A stretch of DNA of 64,000 bases. Origin: Felis catus (Eukaryota). The stretch spans positions 108,316,001-108,380,000 of the forward strand of contig NC_058373.1 of assembly GCF_018350175.1 (NCBI RefSeq), written 5' to 3'. The translations under genes were made by a program, and so were the position numbers. The notes below the pieces were generated by a model. The model had not been told where the DNA came from. It searched no databases and worked only from the letters and a program-made list of their open reading frames with translations. This document shows, one piece after another, positions 35,836 to 49,296 of this stretch (positions within the stretch are counted from its first letter, which is position 1; each line of letters begins with the position of its first letter).

Positions 35836-38479
35836 ACTTCTTTACTGTAGAACTGAAAGTAAACTATATATAATATAACTTATACTATCTGGAGTTAACT
35901 ATCAATTTTTCTTTATCAGAATATCTGTGCAGGCTTTAAACATGAATGGCTAAGGTAGCATTTAGCCATGTCCTTTGTCTTGTCCATAGCTATGTTCTTT
36001 TTTCTTCTAAGATGCCTCTGCATAACTCTCTGGTGTGCCTTGTCCATTTCTACACTCCATGCTGAACTATGTATCACACTGGCTTTGTTGCTTTTTGACA
36101 CTGACTAACATACAATTAAGTCTTCAGTTTCTGTTTGCTTTCACTTAAAGTTCAGCCTTAAAGAATAGGAAATTTATGCCTGAAACTTGACACCTGTTTT
36201 CGCATTACCATAGCTATTTCTGTTCTACTTGCTATCAAATCTGCATTAAATATAGGCATTCCAGTTCTATACTATTTTTTCAAATATAGCATATTTTCTT
36301 AATAATTTCTGTGAAATGTCCACTGTTATTACATGTGTTCTAGAACTTGAAACTAGCTTTGGTGAGATGAGGTAATAAACCTCCATGTAGACTACTGAAT
36401 GGCTTTCTACTATATTTCAAGAGGCTGCTTTCCTGTGTTTGTTTTCTTTATGTCATTTTCATATGTTACCCTGAGCTGTTGCTTATCTTTTGGCAACAGC
36501 ATACTGTTTCACTGGGATTTTCCTACGGAATGGTTTATTGTCTATTTACTAACTATGTAGGAAGCACCTTGGATTTACCCACCTGAACTTTTTTTGGGTA
36601 AAATTTGTACAGTATTCCCTCATACAGATTTCTTTTATCCTGATGGACAAATATTTCATAGGCATTCCAACTGGGTAACTGGATATCCTTGAAATCGTTG
36701 TAGAGGTTGAATTTTGAAGGACTGGACATAGACTAGAACCTAATTAGGTTTGAAGATCTGTTTGATATTTGTCTGAATGGTTCAAGGCTGTTAGTTCAAA
36801 CAGAAAATCGACCATATGGGTACCTTTAAGTATTTTAGGTGTAGAAGTCCAAGTTTGGCCAATTTAGAAGGGCATTCACTTTGTTAGGGTTCTGGATTGT
36901 ATCACATCCGAGTTGGAAAAGCAGGTGCTCTCCCAAGCCCATCCTCATTCAGTCAAATGATTGTTGTTTTCAGTTGAAAAATCTACAAAAGAAGATGCCA
37001 GCTGATTTGCATCATTGAAATGAAAGAGCCAGGGCAGATGAATAAGAGGCTTGGAGGAGCTGTGTCCTACGTGTTTAAGAAAAAGCTGAAAGCAGAGCAG
37101 CTTAAAAAATTGAAAGCATTAAAATCAATATTTAAGAGGTTCATTTAACCATAACAAAAACACCTTAGCAACAGACTTTGTTATAGTGCTTTGCAAAGGA
37201 AGTGGGGCTCTCTGAGCTAGGATTGGCTGCTCAGTGCAGTGAACCCATGAAAAAGAACTCGATGTTCCATTGAACTGGAAGCAAATTATGTTGCCAGGGA
37301 AACCAGCCCCTCTGTGCTTCTCAGGTGAAAGGATTTTTGATCTTTAAAACAACAGAAACAGGGGTTTACATGACAAATATTATCTGCATTGCCCAAAAAG
37401 TGCAGTTATGGGGAAACAAATGTGTTATTGCTGCAATTTACCAAATAATTATAGAGGCAGCAAATTGTTGCATAGTCATTTGGTATGTACCTTACAAGGG
37501 ATGCTGGCAAAAATTCAACTGCAGATTCACTAATGTCATGAATATTTTCAGTATGATGATGGGGGTAGTGTGTCTTCAGGCTTCATGCTATTTTATAACT
37601 AATCCTGCTCAACTAGATGATATTTGGTGTTATTTTTCTGGGTACATGATCCATCCTGGGAGACTGACTGATCAAACCTTGCCTCCAATTTGAAAAGGTT
37701 TCTCTAAGCACTAAGAAACAGAGAGTTACATATGAAAAGAAGGGAATATGTGGATTATTTTAAAATTGGGGGCTTGGATAGGATTACTAAACACATTTTT
37801 CATTTTGCTTTTGACATCTTACTACTTTTGTTGCACTGACAGCTTCACACAAGTGTGACATTGAGTATACTTATGACCAGTGAGTGAGTCACTTGTTGGG
37901 TTCAATTTCAAGAGTCAGTTTGCGTTACCCTGTGCTTGGGGAGCTGTTTGAATTATTGAGTTAAGATAAGGTTTATGGCCTTTATATTTGCTGTCTAGCA
38001 AAGAGTGTTGAATAATGAACTACATTTTTAATCAAAGATTTCCTTTTACTCGAATCCCTTATTTCCCCGCAGGCCTAACCTGATTTATTATGCTGAGTTC
38101 TCTAGGAGGAGTGTGTGTGTAATTTTGACTTTCTTCTGAGGGAAGATGAGCATTGACTGAGGAAACAACAAGGGAAATAACAGTTTTGACTCTTGGAAGT
38201 GCTTGAGTTTTGGGCTAGTCATTCATTTATCCATCTAGAAGCTTTATACTCCAAAATACAAAGCACTCAAGGAGCTACAAAGACCTAGTTCTCATCATTG
38301 TAATGTGTTGGTAGGTACAGATAGAAACAGGATGAACTAAAGCTGCAATAGAGCTCCAGGAGTAGTTACCTGGGATGTGGTAGGCTCTCAAGAAATAGTT
38401 ATCAGATGAGTGGAGATACAAAGTGCAATAGAAACAAGAGATAGGAAGTGATGAATTCTACTGGGGAATCCGGAGTGTT

Positions 38480-38790
38480 GGTGCTTCCTCATTTCATCCA
38501 GGTCTTGCTCAAATGGGATACCTTTTTGATATCCTCTTGCTGTCCCCATCCCTACCCTGCAGATAGCTCAAATCTGTCTCTCCTTATCTCATTATATTTT
38601 TCTTCTTAGTACTTGATGATATGACATACACCAATTGGATTCTTTGTCTATTACTATCCCTAGGCTGTGAGCTGTTGAGTAAAAGGATGTTGTCTGGCTT
38701 GCTGCTGTATTTCCAGAGCCTTAGTGCCCAGCACATAGTATATGTTCACCACGTATTTGTTGAAAGGGTTTAGTGAATGACTGAGTGATA
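38480..38790 (+). mobile_element. L2 3' end
   Basis: ctaggctgtgagct..gctgtatttccagagcc..cacatagta..tatttgttgaa. Confidence 0.65.
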
Positions 38791-39254
38791 GATTCTGGGA
38801 ATACAATTTGCCACCATGGAAAGGGCTTACTTCAATATTTTATACTTTAGTCCAAAGATGTAGTCAGTGGCCTTGAGGAGATTGATGGGCTGGCAAAAAT
38901 CTTCTTATTACACCTTATAAGATTGTCATTAAGAAAAAAAGTAATGTCATATAGTTAAGAGTAGAGGGGAATGGCATGCTGATATATACTATTAGGTGTT
39001 ATGCAACTACTGCCATTTTCATGTCTTGAAATCAAATAGTTTCCTGGTGTTGCAAGTTAAAGAAAATATACATTCCTGTTATGATTATGGACACTGGCCT
39101 TGATTTATACTTGGTTTAGCCTCAACTGAAGATGACAAAGAGAAAAAAATCAGATTATCCTTTTTGGGTGGCACATTTTTTGGGGGGTGAAGAAATCTTG
39201 CAGGCAATTGAGCTGAAAGGATGATCTTATATCTGCACATGTTGAAAATATACA

Positions 39255-39550
39255 GGGAAAAACTCCAGAAACAAATCTATAAATACAGAGAACAAACTGA
39301 TGGTTGACACGGGGGAGGGGAGTAGAAGGATGGGCAAAATGGGTGAATGATAGTGAGAGATTCAGACTTCCAATTATGGAATGAATAAGTCACAAAGATA
39401 AAAGGCACAGCATAGTGGTATTGTAATAGCATTGTATGGTGACAGATGGTAGCTGCACTTGTAGTGAGCATAGCACAACATATAGAGTTGTTGATTCACT
39501 AAGTTGTACACCTGAAACTGATGTAACATCATCAACTATACTTCAATTAA
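39255..39550 (+). mobile_element. Older L1 3'UTR fragment (only plus-strand L1 found)
   Basis: aaatacagagaacaaactgatggttg..gttgtacacctgaaact..caactatacttcaatt. Confidence 0.85.
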
Positions 39551-40164
39551 CAGAAAGCATACAAAGGCAAAATGGATCTTCTTCATGAAAAGAGGGTAAA
39601 ACTTGAACTTGTCTAACATAATAGCTTTGTTTACAAACTTGCCTATTGCAAGGAAACAAAAAGAAGGAAGGCAAGGAAAGGAAGCTACACACAATTGAAG
39701 AAGTTCCAGATTTACTGGCAAGTCTAACATTTTGAAGCAGCCCTTGGAAAAATCAGTTAGGTCACCTCTCTTTAGCATGCAAATGGATGAAATTACTCAG
39801 ATCTCTGGGGATAACCTCTCCTGTTTTTCCTATTTTGGGCATCTTTTTTGGAAAATTTAAAAGCTATTCCTATCTGAGATGGTAAAGGAAGTTTGGTTCA
39901 GTTTGAGAGAGCATTAAGCTTAGGGCCAAGCAAAGTTCCTTTGCCAGGCAAAACTCCAACTGTAAGGAAAAGCTTGGCCTCTGAACCCAGATGAAGACAG
40001 ATGAAACATACCTGTTTTTTGTTTTGGTGAAACAAAAACTCTACGTGTTGTATTGCTGCTGAATCACCCTGTCTTTATGAAGACATCTCATTCAGTCCCA
40101 TACATACTATTTTAGTACTCTCTTAAGACTCCCCATTTTTATCTCTAGTCTTGCCTTGACATCC

Positions 40165-40680
40165 AGACTCATTTATCCAAGTGACATCCCCACTTGGGTG
40201 TCTAGTAAGCCTCTCTGATTGAACGTGTCTGAGACAGCCTCTTGATTCCTTCTTACCACTTGTTCCTCCAAAACTTTCCCAGGTTGTATAAATGACACCG
40301 TCTGGTTGCTGAGGCCAAGAACTTGGAGACATATTTGACTCTTCCATTTTCTTCACATCCTGTATCCACCCTATCAGCCATATATTTTTGCTTTGGTCTG
40401 TTTTTAAAAATATATCTATCTCCACTGTTGTCACCCAGGTACAAGTCACCATTATTCCTCTGTTGAACTACTGAGAGAGCCTCCTAACTAATCTCCCTTC
40501 ATCTACCTTTGCCCCTTCTAGCCTGTTCTCTGCGCAGCAGTAAAATAAACCTGTTAAACTGTAAATATGGCTTTGTTTACACTCTGGCTCAAACCTCTGA
40601 TGGCTTTCATCATATCTAGAAATCAGATCCAAATTCTTACCATTGCATAGAGGGTCATACATGATCTGACCTAACCTCAT
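40165..40680 (+). mobile_element. L2 fragment
   Basis: ccagactcatttatcc..gacatccccacttgggtgtcta..aggccaagaacttggag..agcctcctaact. Confidence 0.7.
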
Positions 40681-41384
40681 TTCTTCCTTCTGTTCTTACT
40701 GTGTTCCTGATCACTTAGTCAGGAAGTGATGAGGAAGAAAACCTCATCATTCTCTGTGCCTAAACCTTATTTTTTCTTCATAGATTTATGGTTTGTGGGA
40801 CATATTAAATAACACCCCTTCTTGTCATGTTCTGAATTTTATAAATAGGGCACAACAGACAGTAAAATGGCTGGACAAAATATCAGCCTTCTTCATGAGA
40901 AAACTGATGTCGGAACATGGCTTTAGATATTTGGCTAAGAGTTATATAGCAGTAAAGAAAACAGACTCTGTTTTCATGGAACTTATATTCTAAGATGATA
41001 GTTTTTTAAGTTTAAAAGCATTATCTAACATATATAATATATATGTTTACATGTGTATATGTGTTTTATATATATCTATGTTTTATATATGTATGAAATA
41101 GGACCACAGTATGAAATTCCTTACTGCCAGAAATTCTTTGAATTTCTTAACATCAAATTTCTGAAGCACCTGACTGAATTATAGGTACAGATTTAAACTA
41201 ATGTATTTTAAGAGAAATAAAAAAAGCCCACTTGTAACCATTTGTCAAGGAGGAGTTAAGTCTTTATTGGCTTCTTTTGTAAATGTGTGTGTGTATGTGT
41301 GTGTGTGTGTGTACATATACACACACATACATATAATGATTAGATATATATTTTTATTTCCCAGCTCACCATGATGGATGTTTT

Positions 41385-42413
41385 TTTTGATCCGATTGCC
41401 ACTGTAAAGGAAGTAGATACCTATATGAATTCCATTGCTGGAAAATTGCTCCTGTGTGATGAAGTCCAGTGTGACTATGCCCTGTTAGTTGATCTTCCAA
41501 CGAGCAGAAATGTACAGACCTCTGGGAATACTGCAGAATTAGCTTAAAGGTTGCTTCTACTTGGAAGACCTTTATATTGAAGCATGGATTATTAATCCTT
41601 TCCATGCTGACATCAGTGCATCAATGATACAGTCTTTGCCAAAGATGATCTCATGGATTTGAGGACAAAGGAAATGGCACAACATGAATTCATCCAAATC
41701 TTGAAGCATTCTTCCTTGATACAAGCCTGTCTGTCTGTTAAGGTGAAAGATGGGTGCTTTGATTCTTGGCTGCTGTGTGTCATTACTTTTTTAGGACTAC
41801 TTGCTATCAAAATGAAGAGTTGCTTAAGTAAAGATGGCTCAAATTCTATTTCAAAACCATTTCATAATTTCACCTTCTTATTTAAGTCAATTTCCATCTT
41901 CATGTTTAAATTTACCTTTGAATAGATCTTTAAAAAGTTTGTTTATTTATTTATTTTTGAGAGAGAGAGAAAGAGAGAGAGGGGGAGGGAGGGAGGAAGG
42001 GACAGAGAGAGAGGGAGAGAGAGGATCCCAAGCAGGCTCTGCACTCTCAGTGCAGAGCCCCACGTGGGGCTCTGTCTCATGAACCATGAGATCATGACCT
42101 GAGCCCAAATCAAGAGTTGGCCACTTAACTGAGCCACTCAGTGCCCCTTTAAGCAGATTCTTTTTTTTGGGGGGGACAAATTTGGATTTATTTCAATATT
42201 GCTCAGAAAATACCCATTAATTTTTGCATGGAAATGAGAAACATAACTCTTTGTAAGCCTGCTTGTATATTCTAACCTAAGTGAAGGAAATAAATATCCA
42301 GTCCACAAGTGCATCCTATGCCAATGCGTGTTTGTGTGTGCTTTTGTTCATTTTCTACCACAGAGAGCTTAGGTTCTCAGAGGGGTTGTGACTCCCAAAA
42401 GTTAAGGTCACTG
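41385..42413 (+). mobile_element. hAT-Charlie DNA transposon 3' part with transposase remnant
   Basis: WIINPF at 41585-41602, DDLMDLRTKEM, LLCVITFLGLLAIKMKS (compare YLCExGFSxLxxIKTK); terminus gttaaggtcactg followed by ttctagag. Confidence 0.65.
41930..42147 (-). mobile_element. CAN-SINE
   Basis: Typical body with GA/GGGA linker. Confidence 0.93.
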
Positions 42414-42439
42414 TTCTAGAGAGTTTCATTCTTGCATGA

Positions 42440-42900
42440 AAGTCTATGGTATTGCTCACACAGCATCCATTTTTCTCCTTCTGGTAACTGTACCTGATGT
42501 CTTTGACCATATGGGAGGCCTATGACCCAACTATAATTAAGTCAATGAACCTAACCATCCTCTGGGCCACAGGGATAAGTAGACAACCCTAGTGGTCCAG
42601 TGGCTGAATCAGAGCCAGTTCCAAGATTTATATGGAAATATTGAGGAAGGAGCAATCTTCTACTGGACTTGGAGCTATAATGATCAGAACCTGGAAGTGC
42701 TGCTGTCATTATAGGGGGAAACCCTCTCAACCTGAAAGTAAGGCCAGCACAATTGAAAATAGAGACAGAAGGTCAAGAGGGACCTTGGTACTGTCTGAGC
42801 ATTGAGATCTGATCTTATCTAATGTTAAATGATGAAACAACTTGTTTTTTTTTTTGCCTAAAGTTACTTGAGATACCTTTGCCACTTGAAAAAAAGAGTC
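42440..42900 (+). mobile_element. Old MaLR MLT1 LTR
   Basis: tttctccttctggtaac..tttttgcctaaagttacttgag..gccacttg. Confidence 0.5.
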
Positions 42901-43454
42901 AGGACCACTATGTGGTAATGCTTTCCTAATTATAAACAAACATGGAACTATAAACTATAAGCAGTATCAAAGTAGGGAATTTTTTAGTCTTAGTAACCAA
43001 AACTTTGGCACTGAAGAATTTTCAGACTAATATATATCATTGGTCATTATTAGCATTGTTGACAAAGGTTGAGTTTGTTGTTCTGCTTTAAATACACTTT
43101 TGCCTCCATATTACTCAGGGCCATCCTGCTAAGATAGGTCCAGGAGATCTCAATAGTCAGTTGGGGAAGATATGGCAGCTACCTAGAGCAGTTGTTGGAG
43201 TAGGAGCCCTATACTGCAGCAAGACTAACCTAAGGCAACCAGTGGTGATGTCTGAGAACACCTGGATGAAAAAAAGGGGGAGGGGTACACAAGAAGATAG
43301 GGTGTAAAGGAAAAAACAAAACTAAATGTCCAGTGATAAAGGGACTGAGAAAATAATGGCATATTCTTATGTTGAACTACCTAGTATCCTTTAACAATTA
43401 TATTTCAAATATTTATTTATATTTGTTGAAAGATTCATGATATATTGCAAGAAA

Positions 43455-43849
43455 TTTTATTTTTTTAATTTATTAAACATTTTTAATTCTAATATAGTTA
43501 ACATACAGTGTCATATTAATTTCAGGTGTACAATATAGTGATTCAACAATTCTATACATTACTCAGTGCTCATCATGATAAGTGTACTCTTAATTCTCTT
43601 CACCTATTCCACCCATCCCTCCCATCCACCCCTCTGCTGGTAACCATCAGTTTGTTCTCTATAGTTAAGAGTCTGTTTTTTGGTTTGTCTCCTTTTTCTT
43701 TGTTTGTTTCTTAAATTTTGCCTAAGATGACACACCATATGGTATTTGTCATGCTCTAATTTTTTCACTTAGCATTATACCATCTATAATTATAGCTCTA
43801 TCCATGTTGTTGCAAACGGCAAAATTTCTTTGTTTTTTTATGGCTGAGT

Positions 43850-43933
<84 letters not shown>

Positions 43934-44893
43934 CACACACACCACATCTTCTTTGTCCATAATCTATCAATGGACAATTGGGCTGCTTCCATAATTTGGC
44001 TGTGGTAAAAAAAAATGCTGCAGTAAACATAGGGATGCATATATCTTTTTGAATTACTGTTTTTGCATTCTTTGGGTAAATACTCAGCAGTAGAATTATT
44101 GGATAATATGGTAATGTAATTTTTAATTTTTTGAGAAATCTCCATACTGTTTTTCACAATGGCTGCACCAGTTTGCATTCCCACTAACAGTGCTTGAAGT
44201 TTTCTTTTTCTCCACATCCATGTCATCACATGTACCTTGTATTTTTTTTTAACCATTCTGAGATATGTGAGGTGATACCTCATTTTGGTTTTGATTTGTA
44301 TTTTCCTGATTATGAGTGATGTTGAGCATCTCTTTATGTATTTGTTGGCTATCTGTATATTTTGTTTTGTTTTGTTTGAGAAATGTTTGCCCTTCTGCCC
44401 ACTTATTAATTCAATTATTTGGGGTTTTTTTGGTTTTGAGTTGTATAAGATCTTTATATGTTTTGGATACTAATCCTTTATCAGACATATCATTTGCAAA
44501 TACCTTCTTCCATTTATTAGGTTGTCTTTTAGTTTTGTTGGTTGTTTCTTTTGCTCTGCAGAGGCTTTTTATTTTGATGTAGTCCCAATAGTTTATTTTT
44601 GCTTTTGTTTCCCTTGCCTCAGAAGATATATCTAGAAAAATGTTGCTACAACTGATGTCAGAAGTTATTGTCTGTGTTCTCTTCAAGGATTTTATGGTTT
44701 CAGGTCTCAAATTTAGGTCTTTAATCCTTTTGAGTTTATTTTTGTGTATGGTATGGTGTAAGAAAGTGGTTCAGCTTCATTCTTTTGCATGTAGCTGACT
44801 AGTTTTCCCAGCACCATTTGGTGAAGAGACTGTTTTTTTCCTATTGCATATTCTTGTCTCCTTTGTTGAAGATTAATTGACCATACAATTGTG
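43455..44893 (-). mobile_element. 5'-truncated carnivore L1 with (CT)n(AT)n at 43856-43928
   Basis: Fragments MRYHLT, KAKINYWDYIKIKS..KTKRQP..DKGLVSK, plus L1 3'UTR. Confidence 0.95.
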
Positions 44894-45634
44894 GAACCGT
44901 GACATTTTAAAAGAGTACTTTTTCTTTAAAAAAGATTCTTTTACAAAATACACAAATATGTACAAATACTAAAACATTCTCAAAGATACCTCTGGAAATG
45001 CAAAAAAAAATGGTTATCTCAAGGGGGTGGGATTAGAATGATTTACCTTTTTTCTTTTGCTTGTGTTCTAATTTTTCTAAAATGAATATGAATTACTTGC
45101 ATAAAAAAGAGAAGCAGAAGGTAGCTCCTGGGAAGAGAAAATTACTAGTATTGCAAGCATGTAGGCAAGGAATTTTTAAGTGTCAGAGGAATGTAAAGGA
45201 GAGAATAAAAAGTTATAAAAAACATTTTTCTAACTTTTGGAAGTGTTATAAAACCACAACATATGGGAGGATTCATAGAAGAAAAGACAGATCCTGGAAT
45301 GTGGTCTTAAAGGTTCAGCACGACTATGGGTGATCCCTATTTTAAACTTCCTTTGTTTCCAATTCAGTTTGTTAGGTAAGTTTTTCTTCAGTAGGGATAT
45401 ATCTTAATTTTGACGTGGTACACATGTTCCATGAAGAGACCTACCTATTCATCTGACAGAGGTGTGTTGATAATCACAAGAGGTAAACAATAGATGTTCA
45501 GAGAAGCACCATTCTCTTTCCTACCCTGTTCCCTTTTTCCTAAGACAGACTTTCATCTTCTCTCCTCAGCACATATGCAACAGCCTCCCAGTTGGTTTTT
45601 CAGATTTCAGTGTTTTTACCTCTTAAGGACATTT

Positions 45635-45802
45635 GCATTAATTTCTTATTGCTGTTTTAACAAATTACCATAAACTTAGTGGCTTAAAAGTACACAAATT
45701 TGTCATTCAGTTCCATGGTTTAGAAGTCTGAAATGCATGTCACTGGGATAAAATCAAGGTTTCAGTAGGACTAAGTTTTTTTTCTGGGGGCCTAGGGGGA
45801 GA

Positions 45803-45853
<51 letters not shown>

Positions 45854-46180
45854 CTTTTCCAGGTTCCAGAGGCTGCCCACATTCCGTAGTTTGTGGCTCC
45901 TTTCCTCATCTTCAAAGCTAACAACAGTGGATTGAGTTTTTCTCATGCTACCATTTATATGTTTTTCTCATCTGATTCTCTCTTTCACTTTTAAGGACCC
46001 TTGTGATTATATTGGACTCATCTGCAAATGGGGGGTAATTTCCCTATTTTAAGGTCATCTGATTAGCAACCTTAATTCCACCTGCAACCTTGATGCCCCT
46101 TTGCCATGTAAACAAACATTCACAGATTTTAGGGATTAGGACAGACATCTTTGGGGGGGGCGTCTATTATTCTGCCTCCC
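45635..46180 (-). mobile_element. MaLR MLT1D-like LTR containing (TG)n at 45805-45852
   Basis: aacaaattaccataaacttagtggcttaaaa..gattagcaaccttaattcca..ctattattctgcct. Confidence 0.85.
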
Positions 46181-47345
46181 ATAGATGTTATCCACACAGC
46201 TACCAGAATAAGCTATCTAGTATGCACACCTGGCCAGACACCTCTCCTGGCTAAAACCTTTTGAAGTCTCTTAATCATCCAAAGTCCTTGACTTCACATA
46301 TAAGGTTTGTCACCTTCTGGCTTTACTTTTATCTCAATCTTCCATCTTCCCATTGTCTCTTGGTTTATGCTTAGGTAGTACTGAACATAGTAGGTAGTTC
46401 AGTAGGTAGAACTGAACATAGTAATCTGCACCCCTCTCCCAACCTTGCATATACACACATTGCCATTTCACGTTCCTGTGCCTTAGCTGATGCTGGTCCC
46501 TTTGCCTTTCATTCATCTGATTACCACACACATACTTTTCCTCTTCCCTATTTCCCTTTGCTGGCTCCTCTTCCTTTACTGATTTCTAAATGTTTGATCT
46601 ATTCAGTGCTTGGTTATAATCTTCCTCTTGGTCCTCTCTCTCTTCTTAAATGATCTCATCCTTTCTCATTACTTCAACCACCTGATGATTCTCAAATTTT
46701 TATCTCCAGCACCAGACCTATCTCTAGACCTGCATATACTACTAGAAATCTTTACTTGTGTGTCCCATAGGCATTGTAGACATTTGACATTCAGGAAAGG
46801 CTTCCTCGTGATTCCCTTCACCCCTGAATAGTTGAATCCATTCATTTATTTGTTGAATGAATGTTCATTATTTTATTCAGCAATTCAGCTAGGTAACTTT
46901 TGTTGTTTACTGCATGTGCCAGACTCTTTTCTAAATTTTGATCTTTAGGACATCCTCATGAAGTAGATACTATTCTTATTTCCATTTTACAGATGAAGAA
47001 ATTGAGGCCCAGAAGGGTTAAGTAGTCTGCCTTATTTACAGAGCAGTGAGTGGTAGAACCTTTACAGTCTGACTGTAGATCTTGTGCTGTCAATTACCTG
47101 GTTAAACATCTAAACAGCCTTGTTTCCAAAAACTCTCCTCAAAGCTCCATTCTGACTTAGGAGCACCTCCTCTGTGTCTCCTCAGCCCTTTGTACTCACT
47201 TCCAGCTTCATAATTAACATGTGTTGGTTAAATCTGTGTTTGCTCTTACCTCTCTCTGGAGAATGTACACTGACTAATTCGTCTTTGTTCCCTCAGAGCC
47301 TGGCACAGTAAGCACTGATAAAACTTTTTTGTTTGTTGAAGAAAA
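46180..47345. mobile_element. Cluster of L2 fragments with a minus-strand MIR (46945-47095)
   Basis: ccattttacagatgaagaaattgaggcccagaagggttaag (MIR); cagagcctggcacagtaagcac and tttgttgaatgaatg (L2). Confidence 0.65.
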
Positions 47346-49007
47346 TAAGTGCTTCTGTATTGCTTCATCATTACCACACATCTCATGTTCCTGTAGCAAT
47401 GGGTTGCCTTAGAACCCTCTCCTTTTGCTGATTTTGTCCTTTGACTCAGGTCCAGCATCATCGCCCTTTATTGCAAAGGTCACAAGCCACTTCCTTATTC
47501 TGACTGCACCTGAAATTCTCTTCTGAGAGGCTATGTGTAATCACAAGTGAGGGGGCAGTTTTCCTAGTCCCATTCTTTGTAACAGGAAACTTCTGTGTTC
47601 TTATTAAGTATTCATAACCTTTGCTCTGTAGGCAGTGTCAATATTTGCTTTTGTGTCAGCCCTGTTTATATATTCATTCGTGATTCCTTCCTTGGCTGTC
47701 TGCATTCCATATTGAGTACTGTCACCTGAGGTTGTCGGCTGTTTCCCTGAGCCCTGGTAGTTTTGTTGATTAGAGTTAGGGGCTTGGGCCATAGAAGAAC
47801 CACTGTGTTTGGCCTCTTCCTGTTTCAACATTGTCTAACCCCAACTAGCTACTCTGCAGGTTGTTATTAGTCACATGGGGGACCCAGCAAGAGAGATTCC
47901 AGTCTGTCACCTGTGGGGCAACAGCCTCAAAGCACATGTCCCATTGGAAGTGAGATGAAACAGTCAGTACAGTGGTTAAGAGAAAAGACTTCAGAGCAGA
48001 CAGACCTGGTTTCAATGAACCAGGTTTCAATGAACGTCTTAGCTTCAATGAAACACTATTTTACCCAAAGCAAGTACTTCTTTGAGGTTTTTTCCTTGGT
48101 TTAAAGTGGGCCCAGGGTTCTTATGCCTAAAATAAGACGATCTGGCATGTACTTAACAGTTTATGTTCTCAAAAGAAAAGAGCACACTTAGGGCTCAACC
48201 TAGTGCTGGGGAAAGAAGTAAAGAAATGCTTCATAAATTCTTCTTGGTGGTGATGAAACTAATGTTGGAAAGAGGTGAGTGATTATTTGTTTACCATTCT
48301 TTCTGCTATTCTGGCATGCTGGGAGAAAATGACTCCTGCAAATTTTTAATTAGATAGAAAATTATTAGGGTAACAAAAAATATTCTGAGTTGGGCCAGAA
48401 ATTATGGGAACTATGGTAACAAACTCATTCATAGGAAGTATATCAATAAAATCAACTGGCTCTTTCATCTTTTTCTTTTTAAAAAATGCCATGTGGTTGG
48501 AACTGCATTGATTTTGGTGATAAGTTATATTGATTTCTACTGCTCTGCTTTATTGCACCAAGTCAAACAATCATTCCAGAGACCCCAAACCTCTCTTCTC
48601 CAAATTTCTTACTTTCTGACCTTGCCACTAGATGACAATCCATTCCTGCGTTTTAGCCAACGAGTGAGGGCAAACACTTTGACTTAATTGTTGTGCAATT
48701 GTTTACTACTAGGTGTCCAAGTAAGATCTGAAGGAAAACTTCATTTACATCCTCTGAACATCCTAATGCAATTATTGGAACGCAGTACAGTTAAATAGCT
48801 ATGCCAGACGAATGGAAATGAATTTTCAGCTTAAGTGTTTGACTGTCACAACTTAATTATCTAGATCTAGTATTTGGTACATTTTCTGAAGTTCTTGAAA
48901 ATCATGCTGTCACTTCTTTATATAGATTCAAAATCAACACATTATTAATAGGAATTTGACCTTACTTCAAAACCATGTTGACAAAAGTGATTATTAAGAC
49001 TACATTC

Positions 49008-49106
49008 TTTTAAAAAAATTTTAATGTTTATTTATTTTTGAGAGAGAGAGAGAATGCATGCACACAAGTTGGGGAGGGGAGGGGAGGGGAGGGGAGGGGA
49101 GGGAGG

Positions 49107-49153
<47 letters not shown>

Positions 49154-49296
49154 TGAATGAATGAATATGAATGAACCCGAAGCAGGCTCCATGCTGACAG
49201 CAGAGAGCCTGATGTGGGGCTTGAACCCACAAACTGCAAAATTAGTGACCTGACCTGAAGTCGGCTGCTCAACTGCCTGAGTCACCCTGGTGCCCC
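49008..49296 (-). mobile_element. CAN-SINE with expanded (GGGGA)n(GA)n(GAAT)n linker
   Basis: TSD agactacattc (48997-49007) / agaccacattc (49297-49307). Confidence 0.94.

Noticed and set aside
20801..37013. Identical 12-mer ctgatttgcatc at 20801 and 37002
   Set aside because: Many 12-mer matches are expected by chance among all position pairs in 64 kb.
47604..47831. 75-aa hydrophilic minus-strand ORF that looks protein-like
   Set aside because: No recognisable homology, non-ATG start, no supported splice structure, and a length expected by chance.
48005..48052. Three copies of ttcaatgaa as a CRISPR-like or regulatory array
   Set aside because: A short tandem duplication inside a MIR-like relic, with no spacers, in mammalian DNA.
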